From Thermomicrobiales bacterium (GTDB taxonomy: Bacteria > Chloroflexota > Chloroflexia > Thermomicrobiales > UBA6265): a stretch of DNA of 64,000 nt. Below the pieces are notes generated by a model that worked only from the letters and a program-made list of their open reading frames with translations, did no database searches and was not told where the DNA came from. Shown here piece after piece: positions 26,804-35,580 of the stretch. The DNA lies in NCBI GenBank assembly GCA_041390825.1, contig JAWKPF010000013.1:67949-131948 (forward strand), read 5' to 3'. Position numbers and translations under genes: made by a program. Position 1 is the stretch's first letter. Every line of letters begins with the position of its first letter.

Positions 26804-27237
26804 GATTGCGACTCCTTACTACGAACTACGATGCCGGCCACTTCCTGACAGCGATCGGCGATCTACCCAAACGAACGAACAACGTGGCTTCCGGAGCACG
26901 CCATTGACACAACGCTGTCGGAATGCATGCGGGAACGCGCGCCGGGGCGGCGCGATCGATCAACGATCAAGTTTGTACCCTGACGATGTTCCCCAACATT
27001 CCACCCGAAATCACGACGCCTTCGACGATAGCAACATCGATGCGCGAACGCAACTCCTCAGCAAGGTCTTTTCCGCACTCTGAAACTCATCGGAAATAGT
27101 ACCCGAGGCTCCGGCATCCGTCACATGTTGGCAGTCCTGGCGTCCCTGATTTCACGAAACATTCAGGTCTGCGGGCGAAATGCGGGCGATCGTGCAGTTG
27201 CGGACGCTGTCACACATTTCGCGGATACAGCGTTCTC

Positions 27238-28275
27238 TTGCTATCGGGTATTCGCGCGCGCATTCCAGGCGGGGAGCGTGCTCGTCCGAGCGGTCGAGCG
27301 GTGGACACCGTTGCCATGGCAGCCCTGCTCGCAACCTGGGCTGCAACTTCCGAAGGGGTTTCGATCGCGCTGGAGGCGTTGGCCGTCTTGCGGATGATCG
27401 GTGACGGGCGTGTGCCGGTCGATGTCTTGATGCTCCCGATGATCGACGATTCTGCCCTTCGCGGAGAAGTCCACGCAGCATCGGAACAGCTATCGCTCGG
27501 CGATGGCGTGGATGCGAACGACCTTTTTCGCATGGGGAGCATTCTGACGATTCTTGGTGGCGTGGAACTGGCGCAGGGCAACCTGGCACGAGCACAGTCG
27601 GCCGTGGATGCGGCGCAATCGATCTTTTCTCGGGTAGGCGATCGCCGTTGCGAGGGGATGAGCCATTGGTATCGGGCTGTCATCGCCACGGCTGGGCACG
27701 AGCCTCGAACCGCCGCCGCTGCCTATCGGGAGAGTTTGCTGGCGTTTCTGGATGTTGGAGCAACAACGGCAGTGCACAAGCCGCTGCTGGGGCTGGCGGC
27801 TGTTGCCGCCGAGCTCGGCCAGGCGGAGATTGCCGCGCACCTGCTGGGAATCGTCGATGAGCAGCGGCGACGTCTTGGGAATCGCCTCCTGCCATTCGAC
27901 CTCCTCGCGGAACGGCAGGCGGAAGCGCTGAGCCGACAGTCGCTCGGCGATGTGGCGTTCGTGGCCAGTCGGGCGCTTGGGCAAAGCGCCAGTGCGCCAG
28001 AGTGGATTCAGATGGCCGATGACATCATCGCCGTCGCCGACGCGCGAGGTCCTCGATCTGCCATCGTGCGCGGCGGACGTAGCGATATTCTGACGACACG
28101 CGAACAGGAAGTTCTCCGTCTCGTCGTCGACGGGCGATCGAATCCCGAGATCGCGGATGCGCTTTGTGTGGGTGTCGGTACTGCAAAGACGCACGTCGCG
28201 CATATCCTGGCCAAGTTCGGGGTATCGACACGAGCCGCAGCCGCCAGCTACGCCATTCGGCAGGGGCTGGTATAG
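27238..28275 (+). CDS. LuxR-family transcriptional regulator (helical repeat N-domain plus C-terminal HTH)
   Basis: 345-aa ORF. The C-terminal LTTREQEVLRLVVDGRSNPEIADALCVGVGTAKTHVAHILAKFGV is a LuxR/GerE HTH. The start is uncertain; ATG 27316 is an alternative. Confidence 0.75.
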   Translation: MLSGIRARIPGGERARPSGRAVDTVAMAALLATWAATSEGVSIALEALAVLRMIGDGRVPVDVLMLPMIDDSALRGEVHAASEQLSLGDGVDANDLFRMGSILTILGGVELAQGNLARAQSAVDAAQSIFSRVGDRRCEGMSHWYRAVIATAGHEPRTAAAAYRESLLAFLDVGATTAVHKPLLGLAAVAAELGQAEIAAHLLGIVDEQRRRLGNRLLPFDLLAERQAEALSRQSLGDVAFVASRALGQSASAPEWIQMADDIIAVADARGPRSAIVRGGRSDILTTREQEVLRLVVDGRSNPEIADALCVGVGTAKTHVAHILAKFGVSTRAAAASYAIRQGLV

Positions 28276-28345
28276 CCGAGTGTTCGTCGATAGCAGATAA
28301 CCCCAATCCGCCGTTGGGGATACCGCTTCCCGGAGTATCCGCAGC

Positions 28346-28367
28346 TATAATCTGCCAATTGGCAGAT
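28346..28367 (+). promoter_or_regulatory. TATAAT box overlapped by a perfect 18-bp palindrome ATCTGCCAATTGGCAGAT (candidate operator)
   Basis: TATAAT lies at 28346-28351 and the palindrome at 28350-28367, between the LuxR-family gene and the Tat-secreted gene. A second 8-bp-stem hairpin (TGATGCGC...GCGCATCA) follows at 28371-28394. Confidence 0.45.
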
Positions 28368-28507
28368 GCGTGATGCGCGTGCACAGGCGCATCATCGGGG
28401 CAATCCGCCCGACAGCATCGGAATCGATCCCAGTCGAAAGGGTGCGCCGCGTCGAGCGGTTGGTCGCAAATGGCGACGCCTCGGTCTTTATCGATGGAGA
28501 ACATGCC

Positions 28508-29275
28508 ATGGAACCCAACGATCGATCGCATTTGCGTACGAACCGGCGCGCACTGCTCCGCGCTGGCGCCGGTGTCGCTGCTGTCGGAGCATTCGGCTCG
28601 TTGACGCGGGCATCCACGCTTGCCACGCAGACGGCTCCCCAGTTTGGGTCACCCGAGTATGAAGCTGCCCTCAAGATTACCGATGGCATCCGGGGCGTGT
28701 TTCAGTCGCCAGCGCTCGATGCCCTGTCGCCCGCCGGCGACAACCTCAACCATCTCCTGTTGGTCCAGATCAAGAACTGGCTCAACAGTTTCCAATTCGC
28801 CTATGAGGAAGCGCCAGAAGGTTTGCACACCCTCGCCGCCACCTATGCCGCGGCCAATCTGCTGACCTACGGTGACGCGGTGTGGGAGAAGTACAAACTC
28901 GGCGAGAAGTACGAGATTACCGATCCGATGACGGGAGCTCCGACCATTCGGAACCTCTTCTGGTCGAGCCGATTTGGCCCCGATGCCCCGAAAGACATCA
29001 CCGCCAAGGACAACTACTACCAGGACACGGGAATCGAAGTCTTGCAGGAGCGAGGGACGATCTTCCTGAGCTGCAACAACTCACTGAACGGCCAGGCTGC
29101 GGCGGCGGTAGCGGACGGGCGCGCGCCCGCAGGAATGGAAGCCGCCGATGTCGCCACAGACATTGCCGCCAATCTCGTACCGGGAGCCGTGCTCGTTCCG
29201 GCTGTTGTCGGTGAAGTGAGCCGGGCGCAGACCGCCGGATACTCGCTGGTCTTCATCCCGAAGTTCTCGTTGTAG
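28508..29275 (+). CDS. Tat-signal secreted hypothetical protein (possibly DsrE-like fold)
   Basis: ORF 28370..29275. ATG 28508 precedes LRTNRRALLRAGAGVAAVGAF. The fold guess comes from memory of similar Tat-signal proteins only. Confidence 0.7.
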   Translation: MEPNDRSHLRTNRRALLRAGAGVAAVGAFGSLTRASTLATQTAPQFGSPEYEAALKITDGIRGVFQSPALDALSPAGDNLNHLLLVQIKNWLNSFQFAYEEAPEGLHTLAATYAAANLLTYGDAVWEKYKLGEKYEITDPMTGAPTIRNLFWSSRFGPDAPKDITAKDNYYQDTGIEVLQERGTIFLSCNNSLNGQAAAAVADGRAPAGMEAADVATDIAANLVPGAVLVPAVVGEVSRAQTAGYSLVFIPKFSL

Positions 29276-29344
29276 TGCATTCGAGGAGGCCGACGATGTC
29301 TGGAACGAACCGTTTTCGCTTCCTTACTGTTTGCCGTTCTGTTC

Positions 29345-29830
29345 GTGAGTCTTCTGACGCTTGCGCCTGGCCGCTCGACGGCGCTGGCGCAGGATGGACA
29401 GCCGATTGATCTGCCCTGTGTCACCGGCGTCACCGCGCTGACTCTCGGTGCGGGTGCTCCGAACGATGCAAATGGACAGCTGCTTGTCCTTATCCGTCTC
29501 ACCATTGCTCCGGGCGGCGGATTCTCTCCACATACTCATCCAGGAATGATGGTCGTATCCGTCGAATCCGGCACCGTGGATGTAACGCAGATTGGCGATA
29601 TGGAGATGACGGTCACACGGGCCGCGTCCAATGGCACGCCCGAGGTGAGCGAGCCCCTGACAAACGGGATGATGGCAACCCTCAACCCGGGCGATTCGTT
29701 CGTCGAACCAGCGGGCATGGTGCACACCGCGTTCAACAACGGGAGTGAGTCGGCAGTGCTCTTGGCGACGGGGCTCATCGATCCGAATCAGCCGGCAACC
29801 CAGTGCGTCGAGGGCACGCCCACCGCATAG
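29345..29830 (+). CDS. secreted cupin-domain protein
   Basis: 161-aa ORF with a GTG start and cupin motifs GGGFSPHTHPG and PAGMVHTAFN. The open frame upstream encodes more signal peptide (RTVFASLLFAVLF) but has no start codon, whereas a strong GAGGAGG-N6-ATG (29296) is out of frame. Confidence 0.7.
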   Translation: MSLLTLAPGRSTALAQDGQPIDLPCVTGVTALTLGAGAPNDANGQLLVLIRLTIAPGGGFSPHTHPGMMVVSVESGTVDVTQIGDMEMTVTRAASNGTPEVSEPLTNGMMATLNPGDSFVEPAGMVHTAFNNGSESAVLLATGLIDPNQPATQCVEGTPTA

Positions 29831-29896
29831 CCGGCGCGTTTCCGGATCAGGTATCGAGGAGGGGACGGGTGCGCGACACCTGTCCCCTCTCGATGC

Positions 29897-30877
29897 TCAG
29901 GAAACCATGAAGGTGGCGGATTCTCCCAACGCGAGATGAGGCACGCCATCGGCATCCGGCAAGAGGCAGACGACGGTGTATTCGCCGGGCGCGAGATCGA
30001 CGAAGACCAGGGAGCGGGACTCGCCAGCGGGAATGGTTTCCTGGCCGATGACCTGCATGTTGTCCGGGAAGCCGTCGCCCGTGGGGCGAATCAACTCTTC
30101 GATCGTAGCGCCATCGACCAGGCGAAGGACCAGGAATTCGTGCGCTTCGTCGCCGGTGTTCTTCACGGTGAAGACGACATCCGGCCCAGCGATCGTGGCC
30201 GGGGAGATGGTGATCTTGCCGTCGGTTTCGGTGGCGGTGGCCTGCGTAGCCTCGGAGGGAATGGAAGGGGTTTGGAGCGCGACCTGATGGACGAGCCAAT
30301 GCCCTTCCCCGGCGGCGGTTGGGGTTGCGGCCGTGGAACGGCTGGGCCGGAAGAGGAAGGTCCACTCTTCGGTGCGCAACTGGTTGCCCTGCACCGTGAT
30401 GACCTGGGCGCTGGCGGTGTCGCTGCCGGTGAAGTTGATCTGGCCGATCGACACGACGGTGACGGGAATGACGGCAGCCGAGGGCGCCAGGGCCAGGTAG
30501 TCCTCTTTGGTCATGCGCTCGCCGCCGCCATAGGCGTCGGCCAGATAGCGATCGGTGACGAGCACGGTGACGGTTTCGGCGTCGCCCGCGGTGAGGCAGG
30601 AGGCCAGCGCCTCGATGACGGACTGGATTGCGTCGCCGGTGGCGACATCGACACCGTAGAGCGCGGATGGTGTGCTCGCGCTAACGCCTTCGGGAACATC
30701 TGGAGCGGGAACCAGACCAGGATCGGCGCAAGCGTTGGCCGCCACGGGTGTGGCCGATTGGGCAGCAATTCCGGTTGGGCTCTGCGTGAGTGCCAGCAGC
30801 GCAAGGACGAGCGTGGCGATCAGGCCTGGGTGAAACCAGGCGTGGCGGGGGGCTGGGGTGCGTTGGGGGTCCGGCAT
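29897..30877 (-). CDS. secreted protein with a C-terminal cupredoxin-like domain; paralog of 23739..24770
   Basis: 326-aa ORF with signal LIATLVLALLALTQSPTGIAAQ. The C-terminus, DEAHEFLV...YTVVCLLPDADGVPHLALGE, has the same architecture as 23739..24770 but no Met at the axial position. Confidence 0.7.
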   Translation of the reverse strand: MPDPQRTPAPRHAWFHPGLIATLVLALLALTQSPTGIAAQSATPVAANACADPGLVPAPDVPEGVSASTPSALYGVDVATGDAIQSVIEALASCLTAGDAETVTVLVTDRYLADAYGGGERMTKEDYLALAPSAAVIPVTVVSIGQINFTGSDTASAQVITVQGNQLRTEEWTFLFRPSRSTAATPTAAGEGHWLVHQVALQTPSIPSEATQATATETDGKITISPATIAGPDVVFTVKNTGDEAHEFLVLRLVDGATIEELIRPTGDGFPDNMQVIGQETIPAGESRSLVFVDLAPGEYTVVCLLPDADGVPHLALGESATFMVS

Positions 30878-31096
30878 CGGTTCCTCTCTGGTGCTTTGCG
30901 TCCGACTGTGTACGGACGCCTCGGGTTGGGGCGATTGTAGTAAGTCGAGCAGTGTGCCGCCACTGGCTCATCCGTTCTTGTGCACGAGCGGTGCGATACT
31001 TGGAGTCACCAAGCGGGCAGACTGGGGAAAAGCGTATGTTCCGCCACCGCAACGGATGCGGAACATATCTCGCGGGTTGAAGAGGAGACCGAACTG

Positions 31097-31492
31097 ATGC
31101 AACGACCGAATCTGGCGCCGATCTTTCGCTGGTTGACCGTCGTCACCGCCGGACTGGTCGTGGTGCAGGCGTTCCTGGCGGGCCGCGGGTTATGGCTCGG
31201 CGAACGCGGATTGATCGATGCGCATGAGATGCTGGCGAACATTCTCTTCCTGCTCGCGGTCGCGCAGTTTGGCTTGGTGCTGGCGATCGGGTTTGCGAAC
31301 CCATTGGGAAAACGGCTCCTCGCAATGAACGCGGTGCTTGCCATTGCGCTGGTGGCGCAGACGGGATTGGGCTATGTGGGGCGTGACAACATGGACGCGC
31401 GGGCCTGGCATTTCCCATTGGGAGTGCTGATCTTTGGATTGGCGGTGATGATCGTGATGATGGCGTGGCAGGAGAAGGCGGCTCGGCAGTAG
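31097..31492 (+). CDS. small four-TM membrane protein
   Basis: ORF 30980..31492. ATG 31097 lies 9 nt after GAGGAG. Four hydrophobic segments are visible. No family recognised. Confidence 0.65.
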   Translation: MQRPNLAPIFRWLTVVTAGLVVVQAFLAGRGLWLGERGLIDAHEMLANILFLLAVAQFGLVLAIGFANPLGKRLLAMNAVLAIALVAQTGLGYVGRDNMDARAWHFPLGVLIFGLAVMIVMMAWQEKAARQ

Positions 31493-31493
31493 G

Positions 31494-31584
31494 GAAGAGG
31501 CGACGGGCAACGGGCAACGGGCAACGGGCAAGAGGCAACGGCCAAAAGGCAATAGGCAAAAGGCAAGAGGCAACGGGCGATGGT
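31494..31584. repeat. heptanucleotide tandem tract, 13 units (CAACGGG/CAAAAGG type)
   Basis: gaagagg cgacggg caacggg caacggg caacggg caagagg caacggc caaaagg caatagg caaaagg caagagg caacggg cgatggt. The tract begins 2 nt after the stop codon at 31490-31492. Confidence 0.9.
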
Positions 31585-31635
31585 CACATCGTGTGGTGTG
31601 TGACATGTGTCATGCGGTGGGGGAAGGTGTAGAGC

Positions 31636-32112
31636 GTGCAAGATGATTGGGATTGGGAATGCGATGGGCGAGAAGCGACAAACCGTGTGGACCGCTCGAT
31701 TCAGGAACCTGCGGACGACTATCGCGCCATCCGGGACTACACCGATCTACGGGTTTGGCAACTCGCCATGGATCTGGCAGTTGCCGTCTGCGAAGCAACC
31801 GAACGATTTCCATCACATGAACGATTCGGCTTGACCAGCCAACTGCGGCGTGCCAGCGTTTCGGTGCCGTCGAACATCGCTGAAGGAAATGCGCGTAACA
31901 GCACTGCCGACTATCTGCGCTTTCTTCGCATGGCCCATGGGTCGCTCGCGGAGATCCGGACTCAACTACTGCTTGCGGCTCGACTCGGTTTTCTTGACGG
32001 TTCGACATCGAACGAGCTGGTGTCGCTCGTACGCGCTCTCACACGCCAACTTGCTGCGATGTATCGGGCCATCGAGCAGTCGACAGCGAATGGTCACCAG
32101 CGCACGCTCTGA
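31636..32112 (+). CDS. four-helix-bundle protein (23S rRNA intervening-sequence protein / Avd-like family)
   Basis: The pattern YTDLRVWQLAMDLAVAVCEATERFPSHERFGLTSQLRRASVSVPSNIAEGNARNSTADYLRFLRMAHGSLAEIRTQLLLA is the hallmark of this family. The real start is probably internal (for example GTG 31687). Confidence 0.8.
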   Translation: MQDDWDWECDGREATNRVDRSIQEPADDYRAIRDYTDLRVWQLAMDLAVAVCEATERFPSHERFGLTSQLRRASVSVPSNIAEGNARNSTADYLRFLRMAHGSLAEIRTQLLLAARLGFLDGSTSNELVSLVRALTRQLAAMYRAIEQSTANGHQRTL

Positions 32113-32299
32113 ATCCACGGCGATCGGTCCAGACACCTCGATCGTCGGTCACGCTGCACACCTGGTTCGCCTCCAGTACGGCTCAACGTTAGCGACCCAG
32201 CCAGGTGACACATCCGCGCAGTCATAAGCCCCACAGGACTCCGCGGTCGTGATCCGGTCGCAATCGAACGAACAACGGACCAGCAGCCACACCCCGACT

Positions 32300-32341
32300 C
32301 CCACTGTTGCCTGTTGCCCGTTGCCTGTTGCCCCTTGCCTA
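32300..32341. repeat. heptanucleotide tandem tract (TTGCCTG/TTGCCCG), reverse complement of the 31494-31584 type
   Basis: cactg ttgcctg ttgcccg ttgcctg ttgcccc ttgccta. The last unit contains the GNAT stop codon (32339-32341). Confidence 0.85.
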
Positions 32342-32842
32342 CCCCAACAACTTCTCCATCACGATCGTATCGACCCAGCGGCCGTCGAGCTGGCCTTGCT
32401 CGTGGTAGATGCCGACGGTGCGGAAACCGCGCGATTGGTAGAGGCGCATACCGGCTTCATTGAAAGGAAAGGCGGCGAGGACGAGCTTGTGAAAGCCAAG
32501 CCTGGTGGCTTCCGCGATGAGGTGATCGAGCATGGCGCCGCCGAGACCGTGACCGCGGTGCGCGCGATCGACATAGACCGAGAAGTCGGCGACCCATTGG
32601 TAGGCTGGACGAGGGTTGAAGCTGTTGAGCGAACCCCAGGCGACGACCGCGCCGTCCAGTTCGGCGATATACACGGGATGCCGGGCATCGCGCGCGGCAA
32701 GCCAGGCGGCGCGCTCCTCGGCCGTGCGTTCTTCGGTTTCCAGGGTGGCGAGGCGGTCACGTATGCCCTGGTTGTAGATATCGGTGATGGCAGGCGCATC
32801 GGTTGGCTGGGCGAGGCGGATGCGGATGTGGGGATTGGACAC
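32339..32842 (-). CDS. GNAT N-acetyltransferase, phosphinothricin-acetyltransferase-like
   Basis: ORF 32339..32938. GTG 32840-32842 lies 10 nt after AAGGAG. Motifs: IRLAQPTDAPAITDIYN, VYVDRAHRGHGLGGAML, LYQSRGFRTVG. Confidence 0.85.
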   Translation of the reverse strand: MSNPHIRIRLAQPTDAPAITDIYNQGIRDRLATLETEERTAEERAAWLAARDARHPVYIAELDGAVVAWGSLNSFNPRPAYQWVADFSVYVDRAHRGHGLGGAMLDHLIAEATRLGFHKLVLAAFPFNEAGMRLYQSRGFRTVGIYHEQGQLDGRWVDTIVMEKLLG

Positions 32843-33039
32843 CTGGCAACGTCTCCTTGGCTCGGAACGGATGGTCTTGCGTGCCAGTATGGTCACGTCC
32901 GGGGGAAAAGCGCGGAAAACTGGTGACCGAACTGGCAACCCGACCCGTCATAACCTTCTACACTTAGGCGCGCTTTGGCGGAGTGACGCGAGGTCTGGGT
33001 CGCCATAGGCATGCTCGAATACATGACGAAGGACTATCG

Positions 33040-35502
33040 ATGAGCGATCGCGAAGAAGCACAGGTTGCCGAAGACGCCGAGGCGCCGGCCACCGAATCCA
33101 AGCCCAAGTCGGCTGCCAAACCGAAACGAACCCGTACCGCCAAGCCGAAATCAGAAGAATCTCCGGAGACGGCCACCCAGGAAGCTGCCGAGATGGTCTC
33201 GGAAGGGGGTCCGGTGGGTGACGAAGCTGATCGCCAGCTTGGGGTGGATCACTTGCCGGCGGAAACGGTGGAGCAGGAAACCGCTGCGATCGAAAAGGCC
33301 CATCCGGATCTGGTTGGCGACACGCTCGTGGCCGGCGATGCCGTGGTGAGCGCCAGCGCTCGATCGTCGCGCCGCAAGCGGACACCGAAGAAGGACGAAG
33401 CACCTCGCACCGCCACCGATCCATTCTTGCCCGGCGCGTGCAACCCGTCGCCCGATGGCAAGCAGATTGCGTATCTGCTGACCGATGGCGAGGGTTCGAC
33501 CCGGCTCTGGATTTCGGAACTGGATGGCAGCAGCGCCTCGTCGATCGAGCTCCCGTTCCGTCCGGTCTTCGATATCGAAGGGCCGCAGTGGTCGCCGGAT
33601 GGCACGATGATCGCCTTGACCGGGAGCGCGCCTTCCGATATTGGCACGGCCATTTGGCTGGCGCCGGCTGCGGGAGGCGACTGCATCCTGCTGGCCGATC
33701 ACGCGGCCTCGGACGAGCAGCCGCGGTGGTCGGCGGACGGGTCGTTGCTGGCGTTCGCGTCCCGGCGCCATGGCCGCAGCGCCATTTGCGTGGCGACGCC
33801 GGATGGCTACGGCCCGGTGGTGCAGCTGACCGATGGCCCGATTGGCCAGGACGACCGCAATCCATGCTGGGAGCCGAATAGCCAGCGGATCGCCTATACC
33901 CGGCATATGGTGGATGGCGAGCAGGTGGGCGATCAGATCTGGACCGTTTCGATCCTGACCGGTGAGCAGAAACAGGCGACCAAGAAGCTGGCGAACCGCT
34001 CGCAGTTGCAGTGGTGCCCCGGCAAATCGCAGATCGCGTTCATCACCGATGAGGCCGAATGGCTGAACGTGGGTGTGGTGAATCCGGACAACAGCGCCGG
34101 CTGGAATCTGGCCAGTGAAGCGGGCGACAAGGGTTCGCCGCGCTATTCGCCGGATGGCGGGCGCATTCTCTATACCCGCCGCGTGCGAGGGGAAGTGCGC
34201 CTGGTGGAGCGTCCGACCAGCGGCGCCACGGCCGATCCGCTCGATCCGGGTATGGGCGTGGCCAGCTCGCCGCGCTGGTTGCCGGACAAGCAGGTGGTTT
34301 ACCAGTTCTCCTCTCCGCTCGAGGCGCCGTCCTTTGTGGTGCAGGCAGCCAAGAAAGATGTCGAGCGGCTCTACATCGGTGTGACCGGCGGCTGGACGGC
34401 GGAAGATTGGTTCGTGCCGCCCGATCATGTCGATTACGAGATTGCCGGCGGGTTGAAAGCAGGCGCGCTGGTCTACCGCAACAAGCGCGAGGTCGAAAAG
34501 TTGCCAGCCGTGCTCTTCCTGGGCGCGACGCCACAGGAGGCAAACCGGTTCGAGTTCGATTCGACCATTCAGGCGCTCGTGCAGCGCGGATTCGCGGTCA
34601 TCGTGCCGACGCTGCCGGGGACGCCGGGGTATGGCAAGAAGATCGTGAACGCGCTGAAGGAGCGGGCCGGCACCGAGGCGGAGATTTCCGATCTGGTCGA
34701 TCTGGCCAATTGGGCGCGTGGGCTGGAGTTCGTGGATAGCTCGCGGCTCTATCTGGTGGGCGACGGCTACGGTGGGGCGTTGGCGCTGCTGCTGGCCGGC
34801 GCGCGGCCGGGGGTCGCGGACGGTGTGGCGGTGATCGACCCAGTGACGGACTGGGACGATGAGCTCGACCAGGCCGACGACGAATTTGCCTCGTGGTATC
34901 TGGAATACCTGGGTCTGCCATCGGCCAATCGGGGCAAGAGCGCGTTGCGCACGCCAACGACCTTCGCGGGGGTGCTCGATTTGCCGGTGCTGCTGGTGGG
35001 CACCAGCCGGGCAAGTCTGGGCCGCTCGATCCAGCTGGAGCGGTTCGCGGCCGCGCTGGACGAGCTTCAGGTGCCGTATGCGCGGGTGACGTCCGAGAAC
35101 GAATCGACCTGGCTCACGACCGAGAAGGTGGCCGGATTCCTGGCGAACCCGGCGGGCGCGGAGCTGGTGGCGCCGGTAGAACCGGCGGCGCCCGAGACCG
35201 CGGCGGATGCCGAGCCTGACTATGTGATCGAAGAGGTCGAGACAGTCGATATCGAGGCGTTGATCCTGGGGGACCAGCCGGACGAGGTGATCGTGGCGGA
35301 AGCGGTCGAGGACGGGATCATCGTGGCCGAGGCGGCGACCAATGGCGTGGTGGCCGACGAGCCGGTAGCGGAGGCAGCCGAGGTCGTCGAAGCCGAGGTC
35401 GTGGTCGAGGATGTCGTGGTCGAAGCAGCGCCGGAACCGGAGCCCGAACGGGTGCTGGTGAGCTCGAATGTCGGTCGTGGGATGCGCACGGACGAGATCT
35501 AG
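33040..35502 (+). CDS. S9 (prolyl-oligopeptidase/acylaminoacyl-peptidase)-like protein with a TolB-like propeller; catalytic triad apparently lost
   Basis: ORF 32983..35502, with ATG 33040 after GAAGGA. Propeller repeats are PDGKQIAY, SPDGTMIAL, SADGSLLAF, SPDGGRILY. The hydrolase domain has GDGYGG where GxSxGG is expected. Both termini are charged and low-complexity. Confidence 0.8.
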   Translation: MSDREEAQVAEDAEAPATESKPKSAAKPKRTRTAKPKSEESPETATQEAAEMVSEGGPVGDEADRQLGVDHLPAETVEQETAAIEKAHPDLVGDTLVAGDAVVSASARSSRRKRTPKKDEAPRTATDPFLPGACNPSPDGKQIAYLLTDGEGSTRLWISELDGSSASSIELPFRPVFDIEGPQWSPDGTMIALTGSAPSDIGTAIWLAPAAGGDCILLADHAASDEQPRWSADGSLLAFASRRHGRSAICVATPDGYGPVVQLTDGPIGQDDRNPCWEPNSQRIAYTRHMVDGEQVGDQIWTVSILTGEQKQATKKLANRSQLQWCPGKSQIAFITDEAEWLNVGVVNPDNSAGWNLASEAGDKGSPRYSPDGGRILYTRRVRGEVRLVERPTSGATADPLDPGMGVASSPRWLPDKQVVYQFSSPLEAPSFVVQAAKKDVERLYIGVTGGWTAEDWFVPPDHVDYEIAGGLKAGALVYRNKREVEKLPAVLFLGATPQEANRFEFDSTIQALVQRGFAVIVPTLPGTPGYGKKIVNALKERAGTEAEISDLVDLANWARGLEFVDSSRLYLVGDGYGGALALLLAGARPGVADGVAVIDPVTDWDDELDQADDEFASWYLEYLGLPSANRGKSALRTPTTFAGVLDLPVLLVGTSRASLGRSIQLERFAAALDELQVPYARVTSENESTWLTTEKVAGFLANPAGAELVAPVEPAAPETAADAEPDYVIEEVETVDIEALILGDQPDEVIVAEAVEDGIIVAEAATNGVVADEPVAEAAEVVEAEVVVEDVVVEAAPEPEPERVLVSSNVGRGMRTDEI

Positions 35503-35580
35503 CGCGATTGGCGCATTGTTCGAAAGAACGGAGCGTGGGCGCGGCGTGCGGTTGGTCATCGACCTTCGGTCGATCGCCGG

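Noticed and set aside
31636-32112. Diversity-generating retroelement, suggested by the Avd-like four-helix-bundle gene
   Set aside because: The window contains no reverse transcriptase ORF and no recognisable template/variable repeat pair. The family also occurs independently of DGRs.
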